This document shows, piece by piece, positions 17,333 through 27,611 of a DNA stretch of 56,853 bases. Each line of letters begins with the position of its first letter. The stretch's first letter is position 1. Both the position numbers and the translations under genes were made by a program. The notes beneath the pieces are model-generated. The model had not been told where the DNA came from and made no database searches. It saw nothing but the letters and a program-made list of their open reading frames with translations. The stretch is from a virus (lineage: Duplodnaviria; Caudoviricetes), in the IMG/VR virus record IMGVR_UViG_3300034524_000079, positions 1 through 56,853 of that record; one strand, given 5' to 3'.

Positions 17333-17687
17333 AGCGCTACTGCCAAAAGTGTGGGGACGAGCTTTTCCAGGTGTATGGCCTGCGCTGGGAAGCTTGGAGA
17401 TGTTTGCGGTGCGATTTACTGTATACGATAGTTGGTGGCAAATTGAAGCGGTGGACGTTGCTATCCAAGAGCGGATCGGAGGGGGCGTGATTAAGTGTTT
17501 GACGGGATCGGAACCTGGTTGATTGTCGTTGGTGGTGGCATGTCTTTTAGATCATCATTCCAAAACTTTATTAGGGCAGGGTTTGAGCCTATACACCCTC
17601 CCAGCGGCCTGCGGATCGGCAAAACCATCACCCCTTACGCCCGGGCGAACCTAAGGCCCGGGTGCCGGGGGCCGGAGGTGGAGGCGG

Positions 17688-17990
17688 ATGGCTAGGAAGC
17701 AGAGGCTGCGGCCGCACGAGGTACACATAACCAAGCACGGCTATGAACGGTATGTGGAGCGGATGGAGCGCATGGGAGCGGAGCCGCTAAAGATTAAGAG
17801 GCTGCGGTTAAAAATAAAGGGTCGGCTGAACGATAAGATCGGCAAAGGAATCGGGATAGAAAGTGGTATAGCAGTGAGAATTGAGGTTGCGCCGGGGCTG
17901 GACGCGATATTGAAGCTTGACTTGGATGGGTGGGTGGTTCTCACGTTTGTTTACTGGCATGAGCTTGCTGTAGTTGGGTTGGGGGCGTAG
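17688..17990 (+). CDS. Hypothetical protein with HxxxRxxER motif
   Basis: ITKHGYERYVER and VVLTF; GGAGG RBS. Confidence 0.55.
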   Translation: MARKQRLRPHEVHITKHGYERYVERMERMGAEPLKIKRLRLKIKGRLNDKIGKGIGIESGIAVRIEVAPGLDAILKLDLDGWVVLTFVYWHELAVVGLGA

Positions 17991-18036
17991 ACGCAACAAG
18001 GTAATTTAATGACTTGATTTTTTTAGGAGGTTTAGG

Positions 18037-18282
18037 ATGAATCCAACACAAAGAAAAGATTCCGAGAAATGTGAACAGATGGCAGAACAGGGAAAGGATA
18101 TGGATTGCTTGGGATGTAGTTGTAATGTGTGTATAGCAAACTATGGATTAGACCAGAAATTAGAGTATGTAAAAGGAAGATTGGAAGATATTTTAGGTGT
18201 TATCGAGTTTAAGGAATCTAAAACTGTACCATCTAAGGATTTAAAAGAGTATATAGAAACAACATTAAAGCAATTGCGGTAA
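18037..18282 (+). CDS. Hypothetical Cys-rich protein
   Basis: AGGAGG RBS; CLGCSCNVC motif; AT-rich. Confidence 0.6.
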   Translation: MNPTQRKDSEKCEQMAEQGKDMDCLGCSCNVCIANYGLDQKLEYVKGRLEDILGVIEFKESKTVPSKDLKEYIETTLKQLR

Positions 18283-18312
18283 ATAGGTATTATCTGCCTA
18301 GTAATAAGGAGG

Positions 18313-18603
18313 ATGATTAACTTGACCAATCAAGAAAAGGTAGAACTTATAAACACATTGCACAATAAAGTAGTAGACTATGATTGTGAAGAAGGTATTT
18401 GCTTGAGTGTTTTGGTGCCCTTAGATGAAAACACAAAAAAGGTTCTTAAACAATTAGGTAAAAACGAAAATTGGATTGAAAGAAACAAGATTTCATGCTC
18501 TCTAACTGAAAGCGATGTTATTGATCTAACTTCCGTAGGTTTTGAGTTTGCAAAATGGTGGGATAGTGAGCAAGGTTTCAGCTTGGAACCAAAGCAATCT
18601 TAG
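18313..18603 (+). CDS. Hypothetical protein
   Basis: AAGGAGG RBS; AT-rich. Confidence 0.6.
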   Translation: MINLTNQEKVELINTLHNKVVDYDCEEGICLSVLVPLDENTKKVLKQLGKNENWIERNKISCSLTESDVIDLTSVGFEFAKWWDSEQGFSLEPKQS

Positions 18604-18683
18604 TTTCTAGTCACAAAATGTATGTGATACGCAAAGAACTTTGACACCAAGGGGATAAATGCTGATTAGTTAACCAGGAGGGG

Positions 18684-19196
18684 ATGAGATTGATGGCGGC
18701 CAAGGCGCTTGACTCTGAGATTAAGAAGGATAATAAGATAGTGGCCGGCTGGCTTCTTTATTACCACGAGCGCAAAATTGATTATGAACAGCAGAGGGAA
18801 TTTATTCTACATTCCTCCGGTCCCTGCCTGTCTGATGTTATTCCGGGTGGTACGAACATCACTAGCGACACGACTGGGCGCAAAGGCCAGAAACTGGGGG
18901 ATTTGCAGGATACGGAGAAGTGGTTGGCTTTAGTGGAAGAGGTCGAGCGCCGGTTGCCATGGAAACTTCAAAAGTTTTTGCTTTTGAGAAGGGAATATAG
19001 GCATAGCCCTAAAAGAGGGCCGGGACGGCCAAGCTGGGTTCCTGTTGTGCAGAGAAGGTATGCTGAGGAGTTGGCCAAGCATCTGGGTAAGGCTGAAGAA
19101 GATGTGTGGATTAATAGCCCAAATACGTTTCATGAATGGTGGGATCGGATAGTTGATTATACTGCCAGGCTGGCGGGGAAGAGGGGATTGTTGTAA
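18684..19196 (+). CDS. Late transcriptional activator (ArpU/RinA-like)
   Basis: Last early gene before the packaging genes; SDTTG..G motif and C-terminal helical DNA-binding region. Confidence 0.6.
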   Translation: MRLMAAKALDSEIKKDNKIVAGWLLYYHERKIDYEQQREFILHSSGPCLSDVIPGGTNITSDTTGRKGQKLGDLQDTEKWLALVEEVERRLPWKLQKFLLLRREYRHSPKRGPGRPSWVPVVQRRYAEELAKHLGKAEEDVWINSPNTFHEWWDRIVDYTARLAGKRGLL

Positions 19197-19254
19197 AAAA
19201 TAATTTTCTCGCCGAGAATATTTGAGTTAAAGTGTGTTATTATGTTAGAAAGAG

Positions 19255-19280
19255 CCGCCTGCGGGAAGGGCGGTTTTCTT
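19255..19280 (+). terminator. Rho-independent terminator-like hairpin
   Basis: GCCGCC...GGCGG followed by TTTTCTT. Confidence 0.55.
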
Positions 19281-19335
19281 ATGTCCTTTTTTAAATTATG
19301 GGCCCACAGGGCTCTTTTCTTTTTGGAGTGATTCT

Positions 19336-19509
19336 ATGTCTGTCAATAAACCAAGTGTAAGTAATAGTGGTCAACAAAAAGAAAAATTTACTCCGCTTGA
19401 TTTTACTATAGGATTAATTGTTGTTATGTTTATGTTTTTTGCGGTTGTTGCCGGTCTTTGGATGATTATGAATCCGGAGGTAAGCATCCTTGATGCGTTT
19501 AAATACTAG
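19336..19509 (+). CDS. Small membrane protein
   Basis: Hand-translated, 57 aa, with one hydrophobic helix (IGLIVVMFMFFAVVAGLWMIM); GGAG RBS. Confidence 0.55.
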   Translation: MSVNKPSVSNSGQQKEKFTPLDFTIGLIVVMFMFFAVVAGLWMIMNPEVSILDAFKY

Positions 19510-19577
19510 GCATGGAAAAGTAAAGCGATTTCAATTGACGGTTAATTATATTTAAATTTTTAAATTGCACAAAGAAG

Positions 19578-20066
19578 GTGGTGGTATTGGCAAGGTGGAC
19601 AAAAGAACAAAAACAGGAAGTATTGGCCTATGCCGAGACTGCTACCATTCGAGAAGCGGCTGAGAAGTTCGGTGTTCCGGAAGGGACCATAAAACGCTGG
19701 CGAAGTGAACAGCGCAGGAAAAACGAACCGAACCCCAAAAGCGAACCAAAAGCGAACCGAACTAAAAAGAGAACCGAACCAAAGAGTAAAAAAGCTGAGC
19801 ATAAAAACGATGGCAAAACAACCGAGGTTGAAAACCCTAAACTCACTGAAAAACAAAAGCTTTTCTGTCTCTACTACATAAAAAACTTTAACGCTACCCA
19901 AGCATACCTAAAGGCGTTCGGTTGCAGTTATGATGTGGCAAATGCAGAGGGATATAAAATGCTTGTAAAGCCTTGTGTGAAAGAAGAAATTGCACGGCTC
20001 AAGGAAATAAAGCGTCAGTCTATTATGCTGGACGAAGATGATATCGTTGATGCCAGGTCAATTTGA
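19578..20066 (+). CDS. Terminase small subunit of the SPP1/PBSX-like type, probably truncated relic
   Basis: N-terminal HTH and LTEKQKLFCLYYIKNFNATQAY motif; ends soon after the core. Confidence 0.75.
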   Translation: MVVLARWTKEQKQEVLAYAETATIREAAEKFGVPEGTIKRWRSEQRRKNEPNPKSEPKANRTKKRTEPKSKKAEHKNDGKTTEVENPKLTEKQKLFCLYYIKNFNATQAYLKAFGCSYDVANAEGYKMLVKPCVKEEIARLKEIKRQSIMLDEDDIVDARSI

Positions 20067-20112
20067 AGACCGGACAAAACGCGGACAAAAATCTGCCTAA
20101 AATGTGTTATAG

Positions 20113-20331
20113 TCATATCATAGGGAACCGCCCCGAGAGGGCGGTTTTTTTAACACGAAGAAGCGGGATACTTAAGGTTATTCCTAGGGAGCTAAGAAAT
20201 TCTAACAAATTCCGTGTTGTCGCATTTTGGGCAAGCGGTAATACGTCAGAATTATCGTCCAAGGTAACAAGCTGACCGTCTTTTGTGCATTTGTAAGTAC
20301 CTTTGCCTGGTTTTTCACCTGTGGTTGGCAT
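20113..20331 (-). pseudogene. Frameshifted small zinc-ribbon protein (MPTTGEKPGKGTYKC...)
   Basis: Adding one base after LP restores PCPKCDNTEF; AAAGGAGG RBS. Confidence 0.6.
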
Positions 20332-20508
20332 AAATAACACCTCCTTTCATAAAAACAAATTTGTTAATGGTAACGTTCCATGGTGAAGAAGGTTTTCCTT
20401 TATCTAACATTGTCGGAAAAGGACGGATTATTTCGGAAGGAAGCTACAAATTCATGCCGAATTTATTGAGGTAAATAAAGGCAGTTATGACAAACTGGAG
20501 GTGTTGAA

Positions 20509-20985
20509 GTGAGGAAATTTATTTTTCTATTATGTTTAGCGATGCTGTTGGTGGCTGGTTGTAGTAATGAAACTGAAGTGGTAACCGATGCATCGACCGA
20601 TGTTGAACAAAGGACGCCGGAAACCAGAGAAGATGAGATAATGATAGGTATAGAACAAATAGTTAAGGAACAATATGGCAGTACGTCAATTAAAGAAATT
20701 GATATTAACCAACATTATGGCACAGATGACACAGATGACTACATAGCATTAATATATTTATCCTTTGATGCTAAAAACACTGTAGGAACCTCTAAAGAAA
20801 TGATTGAAATGTACGGTAGTGACTTAGCAGCAAGGCTGGCGGATGAAAAGGATATAAGTGAAATAACGATATTCTGGGAAGTACCTTATCTTAAAGAGGG
20901 GGTAAATATAGCAAAGTTTAATCTTGTTAGAGAAGGAGAAGACATGGTTTTTAAAGATAAATGGTTTGCCCCTTTATTTAATTAA
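20509..20985 (+). CDS. Lipoprotein (moron)
   Basis: Signal peptide with lipobox LVAGC; hairpin terminator at about 21020-21045. Confidence 0.8.
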   Translation: MRKFIFLLCLAMLLVAGCSNETEVVTDASTDVEQRTPETREDEIMIGIEQIVKEQYGSTSIKEIDINQHYGTDDTDDYIALIYLSFDAKNTVGTSKEMIEMYGSDLAARLADEKDISEITIFWEVPYLKEGVNIAKFNLVREGEDMVFKDKWFAPLFN

Positions 20986-21057
20986 GCATAGGTTTATTAT
21001 AGCTACTTTGTAATAAATAAGAGCCTGAGGGCTCTTATTTTTATTTGAGGTGATTTT

Positions 21058-21423
21058 ATGCCAAAGCGACCTCCAATTCCCTGCCGCTATCCCGGGTGTC
21101 CGGTCCTAGTGGAGGGTGGTAGGTACTGCGATCAGCATCGTAAACAGGAACGCAAGCAGCAGGATAGCCGGAGGGGTACTGCGGCACAGCGCGGTTATGA
21201 CGGAAGGTGGCAGCGGTACCGGAAATGGTTCCTGAAACGGAATCCGTTGTGTGTCAAGTGTCAAGAGAATGGGAATATTAATTCAGCAACTGTGGTTGAC
21301 CATATAAATCCTCATAAAGGGGACCGGAAACTGTTTTGGGATCCAGAGAATCACCAGGCATTATGTAAGCGGTGTCACGATAGAAAGACAGTGAAAGAGG
21401 ATGGAGGATTTGGGAATGGATAA
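21058..21423 (+). CDS. HNH endonuclease (cos-packaging associated)
   Basis: PLCVKC...VVDHINPH.G...N.QALCKRCH motif; upstream of terS. Confidence 0.9.
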   Translation: MPKRPPIPCRYPGCPVLVEGGRYCDQHRKQERKQQDSRRGTAAQRGYDGRWQRYRKWFLKRNPLCVKCQENGNINSATVVDHINPHKGDRKLFWDPENHQALCKRCHDRKTVKEDGGFGNG

Positions 21424-21676
21424 AACCAAGGAAGCAAAAGCTAACGGATTTTCTGTTGCGGTAAACATAGATACCGATAATCTTGTTTTAAAGTGCAGGG
21501 CTATTACTAGGCATTTAACTGCATTAGCTAATGACCTGGAGCGTATAGACAAGCAGGTAGATAGCGAGGCGAAAGTTTGCATGGTAATTGATCTGCTAAA
21601 TGACTTGAGTCATAAGGACCTAAAGGAAATGGCGGATTACGTAAAGGCCTTGGTTGATTGTGATAGAGGTAAATGA
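21416..21676 (+). CDS. Hypothetical protein
   Basis: GGAGG RBS; overlaps the HNH stop. Confidence 0.55.
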   Translation: MDKTKEAKANGFSVAVNIDTDNLVLKCRAITRHLTALANDLERIDKQVDSEAKVCMVIDLLNDLSHKDLKEMADYVKALVDCDRGK

Positions 21677-21821
21677 TAAGCGAAACTTATGGTTGTAGTG
21701 GGTAGGGGGGTCTCATTTTCTGGAAAGTTTGGCCTATAGACCGGCGGGGGGCCTTCGTGCAAGATTTTTTCCCAAAATGAGAAACTTTTATAATAAAAAT
21801 CGCTAATGGGAGGTGGTAGTG

Positions 21822-22376
21822 ATGGCAGGTAGACCTCCAAAACCAGTTTCAGTCCTGAAAATGGAAAAAAAGAGCCACCGTACAAAAGCGGAACTTGAGG
21901 CCCGGGAAAAAGCAGAAAGTCAGTTACTGACTGGTGTTACCTTAAAGGCTTGGCCAGAGGTTAAGCAAAACAAGATCGCCAACAAGGAGTTTAACCGGCT
22001 GAAGAAACTCCTTAAGATAATCAACCACAACGACGCCTTACATGAGGCCGTCATAAACCGGTACTGCCTTTTGGTGGCAGAGTGTAAACAGGTAGAGGAA
22101 ACCCTTGACCAGCTTCGGGGGGATATTAACGAACTGGCAAGGGTGTACACTGAAGGAGAAATAGAATATCTTCAGTACATCAATGAAAGAGGAAAGCTCC
22201 AGGACCGCATGTTGGCCTGGGATAAAAAGCTTATGGACAAACGAAAGATGCTTCTGCAAATTGAGAAGGAATCAGTCATGACAATCCTGGGTGCACTTCG
22301 GGCTATTCCTAAAAAACCAGAGGAAAAGAAGGAAAGCCCTATGGCCGAATATTTGCGAAGGAAACGAGGAAGTTAA
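21822..22376 (+). CDS. terS: Terminase small subunit (P27-like)
   Basis: MAGRPPKP start and INRYC motif; lies between HNH and terL. Confidence 0.8.
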   Translation: MAGRPPKPVSVLKMEKKSHRTKAELEAREKAESQLLTGVTLKAWPEVKQNKIANKEFNRLKKLLKIINHNDALHEAVINRYCLLVAECKQVEETLDQLRGDINELARVYTEGEIEYLQYINERGKLQDRMLAWDKKLMDKRKMLLQIEKESVMTILGALRAIPKKPEEKKESPMAEYLRRKRGS

Positions 22377-22419
22377 ATAATGGAGTTGATTTGACGAAGG
22401 GATAAAAGCTGGTGATGAT

Positions 22420-23970
22420 ATGCAGCACAGCAAACAAAAAGCACTAGACGTGATCGAATTCATTCAGATGCTGCACCACACGGGTGATTTTTACGGCCAG
22501 CCTTTTATACTGCTTGATTGGGAATATGAAGTTATCTGGGATGTTTACGGTACCGTCAATGATGGCGGTTATCGGCAATATCAATACGCTTACCTGGAGA
22601 TACCCAAAAAGAACGGAAAGACCGAGCTTACTGCCGGTCTTTCTTTATATCACCTGTTTAACGATCCACCCAGCGGACAGATATACTGCTGTGCGGCAGA
22701 AAAAGATCAAGCTGGTTTAGTTTATAAAGCTGCCAAGGAAATGATTGAGCAGGATGAGACCTTGGAAGAATTAGTCAAGGTGGTTGATAGTAAGAAGGAA
22801 ATTTATAACCGGGAAACCGGTACGTTTATAAAAGTTCTTTCTGCAGAGGCATATTCCAAGCACGGTCTCAATCCTACTGTAGTTATATTTGACGAACTTC
22901 ATGCTCAACCCAATAGAGACCTCTGGGACGTGATGACCTTTGGTGCCGGTGCCGCCCGGAAAGAGCCGCTTTGGTGGGTTATAACCACTGCCGGTGACGA
23001 TCCGGATCGGCATTCAATCGGGTGGGAAGTTCATGAATATGCACGCCGGTTAATTGACGGAGAAATTGAAGACCCTATCTGGTACGCCAAAATATACGGC
23101 GCCGGAGAGGATGACGATATATTTGATGAGGCAACCTGGTACAAAGCTAACCCAAGTTTAGGCCATACTATTGACGTTGAGAAAGTAAGGCAAGAGGCAA
23201 TTGGGGCCCGGAACGACGAAGGTAAGGAAAAATTATTTCGATGGCTCAGATTAAATCAGTGGGTGTCTCTGAAATCTGTAGGATGGCTGCCGCTGACGCT
23301 TTGGGATTCAACGGTGGGTGATTGGAACCCGGCAGAACTACTAGGTAGAAAGTGTTACATTGGCCTGGACTTATCAAGCACTGTCGACCTGACGGCAGCG
23401 GCTTTATTATTCCCGCCCCAGGAAAATCAGGATAACTGGAGGGTTATCTTTGAGGCATGGATCCCTGAAGACAATATGAAAGAGCGCATCCAGCGCGACC
23501 ACGTGCCTTATGACCGGTGGGTAAAAGAAAGATATTTGCATGCCACCCCCGGGAATGCCGTTGATTATGATTTTGTAGAGGCCAGGATAAAAAGCATGGC
23601 CCAGCAGTATGATATTAAATATTTATGTGCTGACCCTTGGAATAGCAGGATGCTTACCCAGCGACTTGCAAAGGCGGCTATTGAACCAGTTGAAGTGCCG
23701 CAAACAATAGCAGGTTTATCCCCGGGCATGAAAGAGATGGAACGGTTGTTTAGAACCGGTCATTTAACACACGAGAAAAACCCTGTTGCTCGGTGGTGTT
23801 TTGGCAACATTGTTGTCGCTGTGGATGGCAACGAGAACATAAAGCCCATGAAGAACAAGTCAAAGGATCGTATAGACCTTATTGTTGCTCTCATTAACGC
23901 TATGAACATAGCCATAAGGCTTGAAGATAAGCGTAGTGTCTACGAAGAGAGGGGGATTAGAAAGCTTTGA
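22420..23970 (+). CDS. terL: Terminase large subunit (cos-type)
   Basis: IPKKNGKT Walker A, VIFDELH, ITTAG, GLDLS..DLT and RIDLIVA motifs. Confidence 0.95.
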   Translation: MQHSKQKALDVIEFIQMLHHTGDFYGQPFILLDWEYEVIWDVYGTVNDGGYRQYQYAYLEIPKKNGKTELTAGLSLYHLFNDPPSGQIYCCAAEKDQAGLVYKAAKEMIEQDETLEELVKVVDSKKEIYNRETGTFIKVLSAEAYSKHGLNPTVVIFDELHAQPNRDLWDVMTFGAGAARKEPLWWVITTAGDDPDRHSIGWEVHEYARRLIDGEIEDPIWYAKIYGAGEDDDIFDEATWYKANPSLGHTIDVEKVRQEAIGARNDEGKEKLFRWLRLNQWVSLKSVGWLPLTLWDSTVGDWNPAELLGRKCYIGLDLSSTVDLTAAALLFPPQENQDNWRVIFEAWIPEDNMKERIQRDHVPYDRWVKERYLHATPGNAVDYDFVEARIKSMAQQYDIKYLCADPWNSRMLTQRLAKAAIEPVEVPQTIAGLSPGMKEMERLFRTGHLTHEKNPVARWCFGNIVVAVDGNENIKPMKNKSKDRIDLIVALINAMNIAIRLEDKRSVYEERGIRKL

Positions 23971-25247
23971 GCCAACAAAAAACAAGAGCTCCTACCATTC
24001 GGGAAAGGCTATCTGCTGCCTGGTCCGCTATTAAGGGCCAGGCTTATTCGATGGAGGATTTTGACCGGGATATTAGACGGTCAATAATTGGAGGCAGGCC
24101 AACTCATTCCGGTGTAAGAGTGAATGAAGAGAGCTCATTGCGGTATGTTACGGTTTATTCCTGTGCCCGTATCTTGGCTGAAACCGTGGGCAGTTTACCG
24201 TTCTTTGTTTATCGGGAACGTGATGGCAAGAAAGGAAAGGCCAGGGACCACCCCTTGTTCTGGCTTTTGCATGATGAGCCCAATGATGAAATGGATAGCC
24301 TAACATTGCGGGAAACCCTTACCAGCCAAATGGCGCTTTCAGGCAATGCTTATGGAATTTTAACTCTTAATCGACGCGGAGAGGTTATGGAGATTTACCC
24401 CTGGGAGTGGCATAAAGTAAGGCCAGACAGAGATAAGGAAACAAGAAAGGTTTTTTACTGGATAAACGATAGGGGTAAAGAAGAAAAGATGCCGGCTGAG
24501 CGCATTTTGCACATTCACCTTTGGGGCCCGGATGGCATTATGGGTTATTCTCCTATTCGTATGGCTCGTGAAGCCGTAGGTCTAGGATTGGCTGCCACTG
24601 AATTTGCCGCTCGGTTTTATGGGCAGGGCATGAATGTTGGCGGGGTTTTGGAGCATGCCGGGGAGTTAAGTGACAAGGCGTATGAACGCCTGAAAAAATC
24701 TGTTGATGAACAGTGGGTCGGCCTGGAAAACTCATGGAAGCCGATTATCCTGGAAGAGGGGATGAAGTACAACCGTATCCCAATGCCACTGAAAGATGCT
24801 CAGTTTATTGAGCAACAGAAGTTTACCCGGGAAGAAATGTGTTCCCTTTTTCGTGTGCCGCCTCACATGGTGGCAAATTTAGACCGCGCTACTCACAGCA
24901 ATATTGAACACCAGTCTTTGGAGTTTGTGATGTACACTATGCTTCCTTGGTTAAACCGCTGGGAACAAGCTATAAACCGGAGACTATTTACCCGCCGGGA
25001 AAGGGAGCAGGGTTACTATTGCAAGTTTAACCTTTCCGGTTTACTCCGCGGCGATTCCAAAAGCCGTGCGGAAGCGCTTCATATTATGCGCCAGGATGGT
25101 GTGATAAACGCTGATGAATGGCGCGAGCTGGAAGAAATGAATCCCCAAGAAGGAGGCGTCGGCAAGTTGTACCTGATTAACGGTAACATGGTGCCTATAG
25201 GGGATGACGGGAAGCCACAACCAAACGAAGGAGGTGGAGGAGATTGA
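23967..25247 (+). CDS. HK97-family portal protein
   Basis: VYSC..ILAETVGSLP, GYSPI, ILEEGMKY and FRVPPHM motifs. Confidence 0.93.
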   Translation: MSQQKTRAPTIRERLSAAWSAIKGQAYSMEDFDRDIRRSIIGGRPTHSGVRVNEESSLRYVTVYSCARILAETVGSLPFFVYRERDGKKGKARDHPLFWLLHDEPNDEMDSLTLRETLTSQMALSGNAYGILTLNRRGEVMEIYPWEWHKVRPDRDKETRKVFYWINDRGKEEKMPAERILHIHLWGPDGIMGYSPIRMAREAVGLGLAATEFAARFYGQGMNVGGVLEHAGELSDKAYERLKKSVDEQWVGLENSWKPIILEEGMKYNRIPMPLKDAQFIEQQKFTREEMCSLFRVPPHMVANLDRATHSNIEHQSLEFVMYTMLPWLNRWEQAINRRLFTRREREQGYYCKFNLSGLLRGDSKSRAEALHIMRQDGVINADEWRELEEMNPQEGGVGKLYLINGNMVPIGDDGKPQPNEGGGGD

Positions 25248-26155
25248 AGAAAGCTCGAAAGTTTTGGCAATTCCGTAATGCTGCTGACGATTCCAATGTT
25301 GGAGAATTACTGATATACGGAATCATAGGCGACTGGCTTTTCGATGACGTAAACCCTAAAGAGTTTAAGAAAGAGCTGGATGATCTGGGGGACGTTGAAG
25401 AAATTAGGGTCTTTATCAACTCTGATGGCGGAGATGTATTTGCTGGCCAGGCTATCCATAGCATGCTCAAGCGCCATAAGGCAAAGGTCAGTGTCTACAT
25501 TGACGGCCTGGCTGCCAGCATAGCTTCGGTAGTGGCCATGGCCGGGGATACTGTTTACATGCCGAAAAATGCCATGATGATGATTCATAATCCCTGGACG
25601 ATTGCCCTTGGTGATGCAAACGAATTCAGGGAAATGGCTGAGATTCTTGATAAGGTGCGCGAGAGCATCATTATCGCTTATCAACAAAAGTCTGATCTTG
25701 ACCGGGAAGAGATTATCGAGCTTCTTGATGCTGAAACCTGGATGAGCGCGGAAGAAGCTGTTGAGAAGGGGTTTGCCGACGAGATAGAAGAGACAAAAAA
25801 GGTGGCTGCACTATTTGACCGGAACAACAAAAAGCTGATTATGAATGACCAGGAACACGACTTAAGTCGGTTTCACAAGTTGCCTCAGTTAGAACATATC
25901 CCGGAAGCTCCGGCTGGCAAGCATAAAACAAAGCCGAGCAAACAGGACAGTCAACAGCAAGACTCTTTATCGGCACTTCTTGAGGGTGTTTATGCTAATG
26001 AGAAGCTTCTCAAAAGGGCCTGCGATGCTTTAAATGAGTTGCTGGAAAGGATAAATGGAAAAGAGGATCAACGTCCTAAACAACAGCGGCTAAAGCCGCT
26101 GTCTTTATATGAAAAGCGCCTGCAGGTAAATGAGAAATCACTAAAATTTTTATAG
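25244..26155 (+). CDS. ClpP-like prohead protease
   Basis: INSDGGDVF, IDGLAASIAS, MMIHNPW and ETWMSAEEA motifs. Confidence 0.92.
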   Translation: MKKARKFWQFRNAADDSNVGELLIYGIIGDWLFDDVNPKEFKKELDDLGDVEEIRVFINSDGGDVFAGQAIHSMLKRHKAKVSVYIDGLAASIASVVAMAGDTVYMPKNAMMMIHNPWTIALGDANEFREMAEILDKVRESIIIAYQQKSDLDREEIIELLDAETWMSAEEAVEKGFADEIEETKKVAALFDRNNKKLIMNDQEHDLSRFHKLPQLEHIPEAPAGKHKTKPSKQDSQQQDSLSALLEGVYANEKLLKRACDALNELLERINGKEDQRPKQQRLKPLSLYEKRLQVNEKSLKFL

Positions 26156-26166
26156 GAGTGGTACAA

Positions 26167-27528
26167 ATGAAAACGCTTAAAGAGTTGCTTGCGAAGCGTG
26201 CTAAAAAAATCAAAAACCAGCGTGAGCTTATCGATGCTGCAAAAAAAGAAGAGCGTAACCTGACTGAGGAAGAAGCAAAGAAGTTTGACGAACTGGAAGA
26301 TGAGATCAAGGCCCTGGATGAAAAAATCGAAACCGTTAAAGCACAGGATGAGCGCGAGCAAAAACTTGCTCAGCGGGAAAAAGAATTGGGCGACCCTGCA
26401 CAACATCAATTCCGCCCAGCCGGAGCTATCCCCGGAGAAACAGGCAAAGAAAAGCTGGATAATGGCGGCTTTAAAAACATCGGTGAATTCATTGACGCTA
26501 TTCGGTTTGGAGATTCTGAGGGGCGGCTAAATAGTGTGAAGAAAGATGATAATGGTGCTTATGAAGTACCGGATGCTTTTAAAGGCAAACTGCTTGCACG
26601 CATTCGTAACGAGTGGACTATGGGTACCGGCAGTGAAGGCGGATTTGCTGTTCCTGAACAGTATCAACAAGGTATTCTTATGATGAGCCCCGGGGTAGAA
26701 ATTATTCGTCAGCGAGCTACTGTCATTCCGGCCGGCGACCCGCCCGACGGGAAAATAACTATTCCGGCGTTCCACCAAGGGGCAGATGGTGTGTGGGGCG
26801 GCGTAGAAGTTTACTGGACTGAAGAAGGCGGCGAGAAAAAAGAAACTGAGGGCAAATTACGAGATGTATCCCTCGAACCCCATGAAGTATCTGCCCTTAC
26901 TGTCGTAACCGATAAACTGCTTCGCAATTGGCAGGCAGCCAATACTTTCATAACCTTCCTGCTTCGTGGGGCCATGATGGCAACAGAAGATCAGGTGTTT
27001 ATTAAAGGTAATGGTGTCGGCAAGCCGATTGGAGTTATTAATGGAAAGGGCGCCATGGCTGTTAATCGTGATACTGCGAATGAAATTAAGTACATCGATG
27101 TTGTAAAAATGCTGGCCAAACTTCCGCCTGAAAGTCAGAGCAATGCAATGTGGATTGCCAACCAGAGCGCAATGCCGCAGCTTATGACGCTGCAGGATGC
27201 AGCTGGTAATTATATTTTTATCCGCGGCGATGCCACCCGGGGTATTCCGGATACTTTAGCCGGCATCCCGATCCGTTTCACCGGTAAAACATATCCGCTG
27301 GGAACTAAAGGCGACCTTATTTTGGTGGACCTGCAATACTATCTCATTAAGGATGGCAGTGGTCCGTTTATCCGCGCCAGCGAGCACGTATATTTCAAAA
27401 ACAATAAGACAGTGATTAAAGCTTTCTGGAACGTTGACGGCAAAGGCTGGGTTGATGAGCCGCTTACTTTGGAGGACGGTTCTACCCAGGTAAGTCCTTA
27501 CGTTGTCCTGGATGTGCCGGCGGCGTAA
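26167..27528 (+). CDS. HK97-fold major capsid protein with N-terminal scaffold domain
   Basis: Coiled-coil delta domain, GGFAVPE and GNGVGKP motifs; position after the protease. Confidence 0.92.
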   Translation: MKTLKELLAKRAKKIKNQRELIDAAKKEERNLTEEEAKKFDELEDEIKALDEKIETVKAQDEREQKLAQREKELGDPAQHQFRPAGAIPGETGKEKLDNGGFKNIGEFIDAIRFGDSEGRLNSVKKDDNGAYEVPDAFKGKLLARIRNEWTMGTGSEGGFAVPEQYQQGILMMSPGVEIIRQRATVIPAGDPPDGKITIPAFHQGADGVWGGVEVYWTEEGGEKKETEGKLRDVSLEPHEVSALTVVTDKLLRNWQAANTFITFLLRGAMMATEDQVFIKGNGVGKPIGVINGKGAMAVNRDTANEIKYIDVVKMLAKLPPESQSNAMWIANQSAMPQLMTLQDAAGNYIFIRGDATRGIPDTLAGIPIRFTGKTYPLGTKGDLILVDLQYYLIKDGSGPFIRASEHVYFKNNKTVIKAFWNVDGKGWVDEPLTLEDGSTQVSPYVVLDVPAA

Positions 27529-27561
27529 GCGCATTCGCTAATTGAATAATGAAAATAATGA

Positions 27562-27586
27562 AAGGGAGGGCAACCCCCTCCCTTTG
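27562..27586 (+). terminator. Hairpin terminator after the capsid gene
   Basis: AAAGGGAGGG-caacc-CCTCCCTTT. Confidence 0.55.
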
Positions 27587-27611
27587 AAAATTCTATAAGG
27601 AGAGATTTGAA

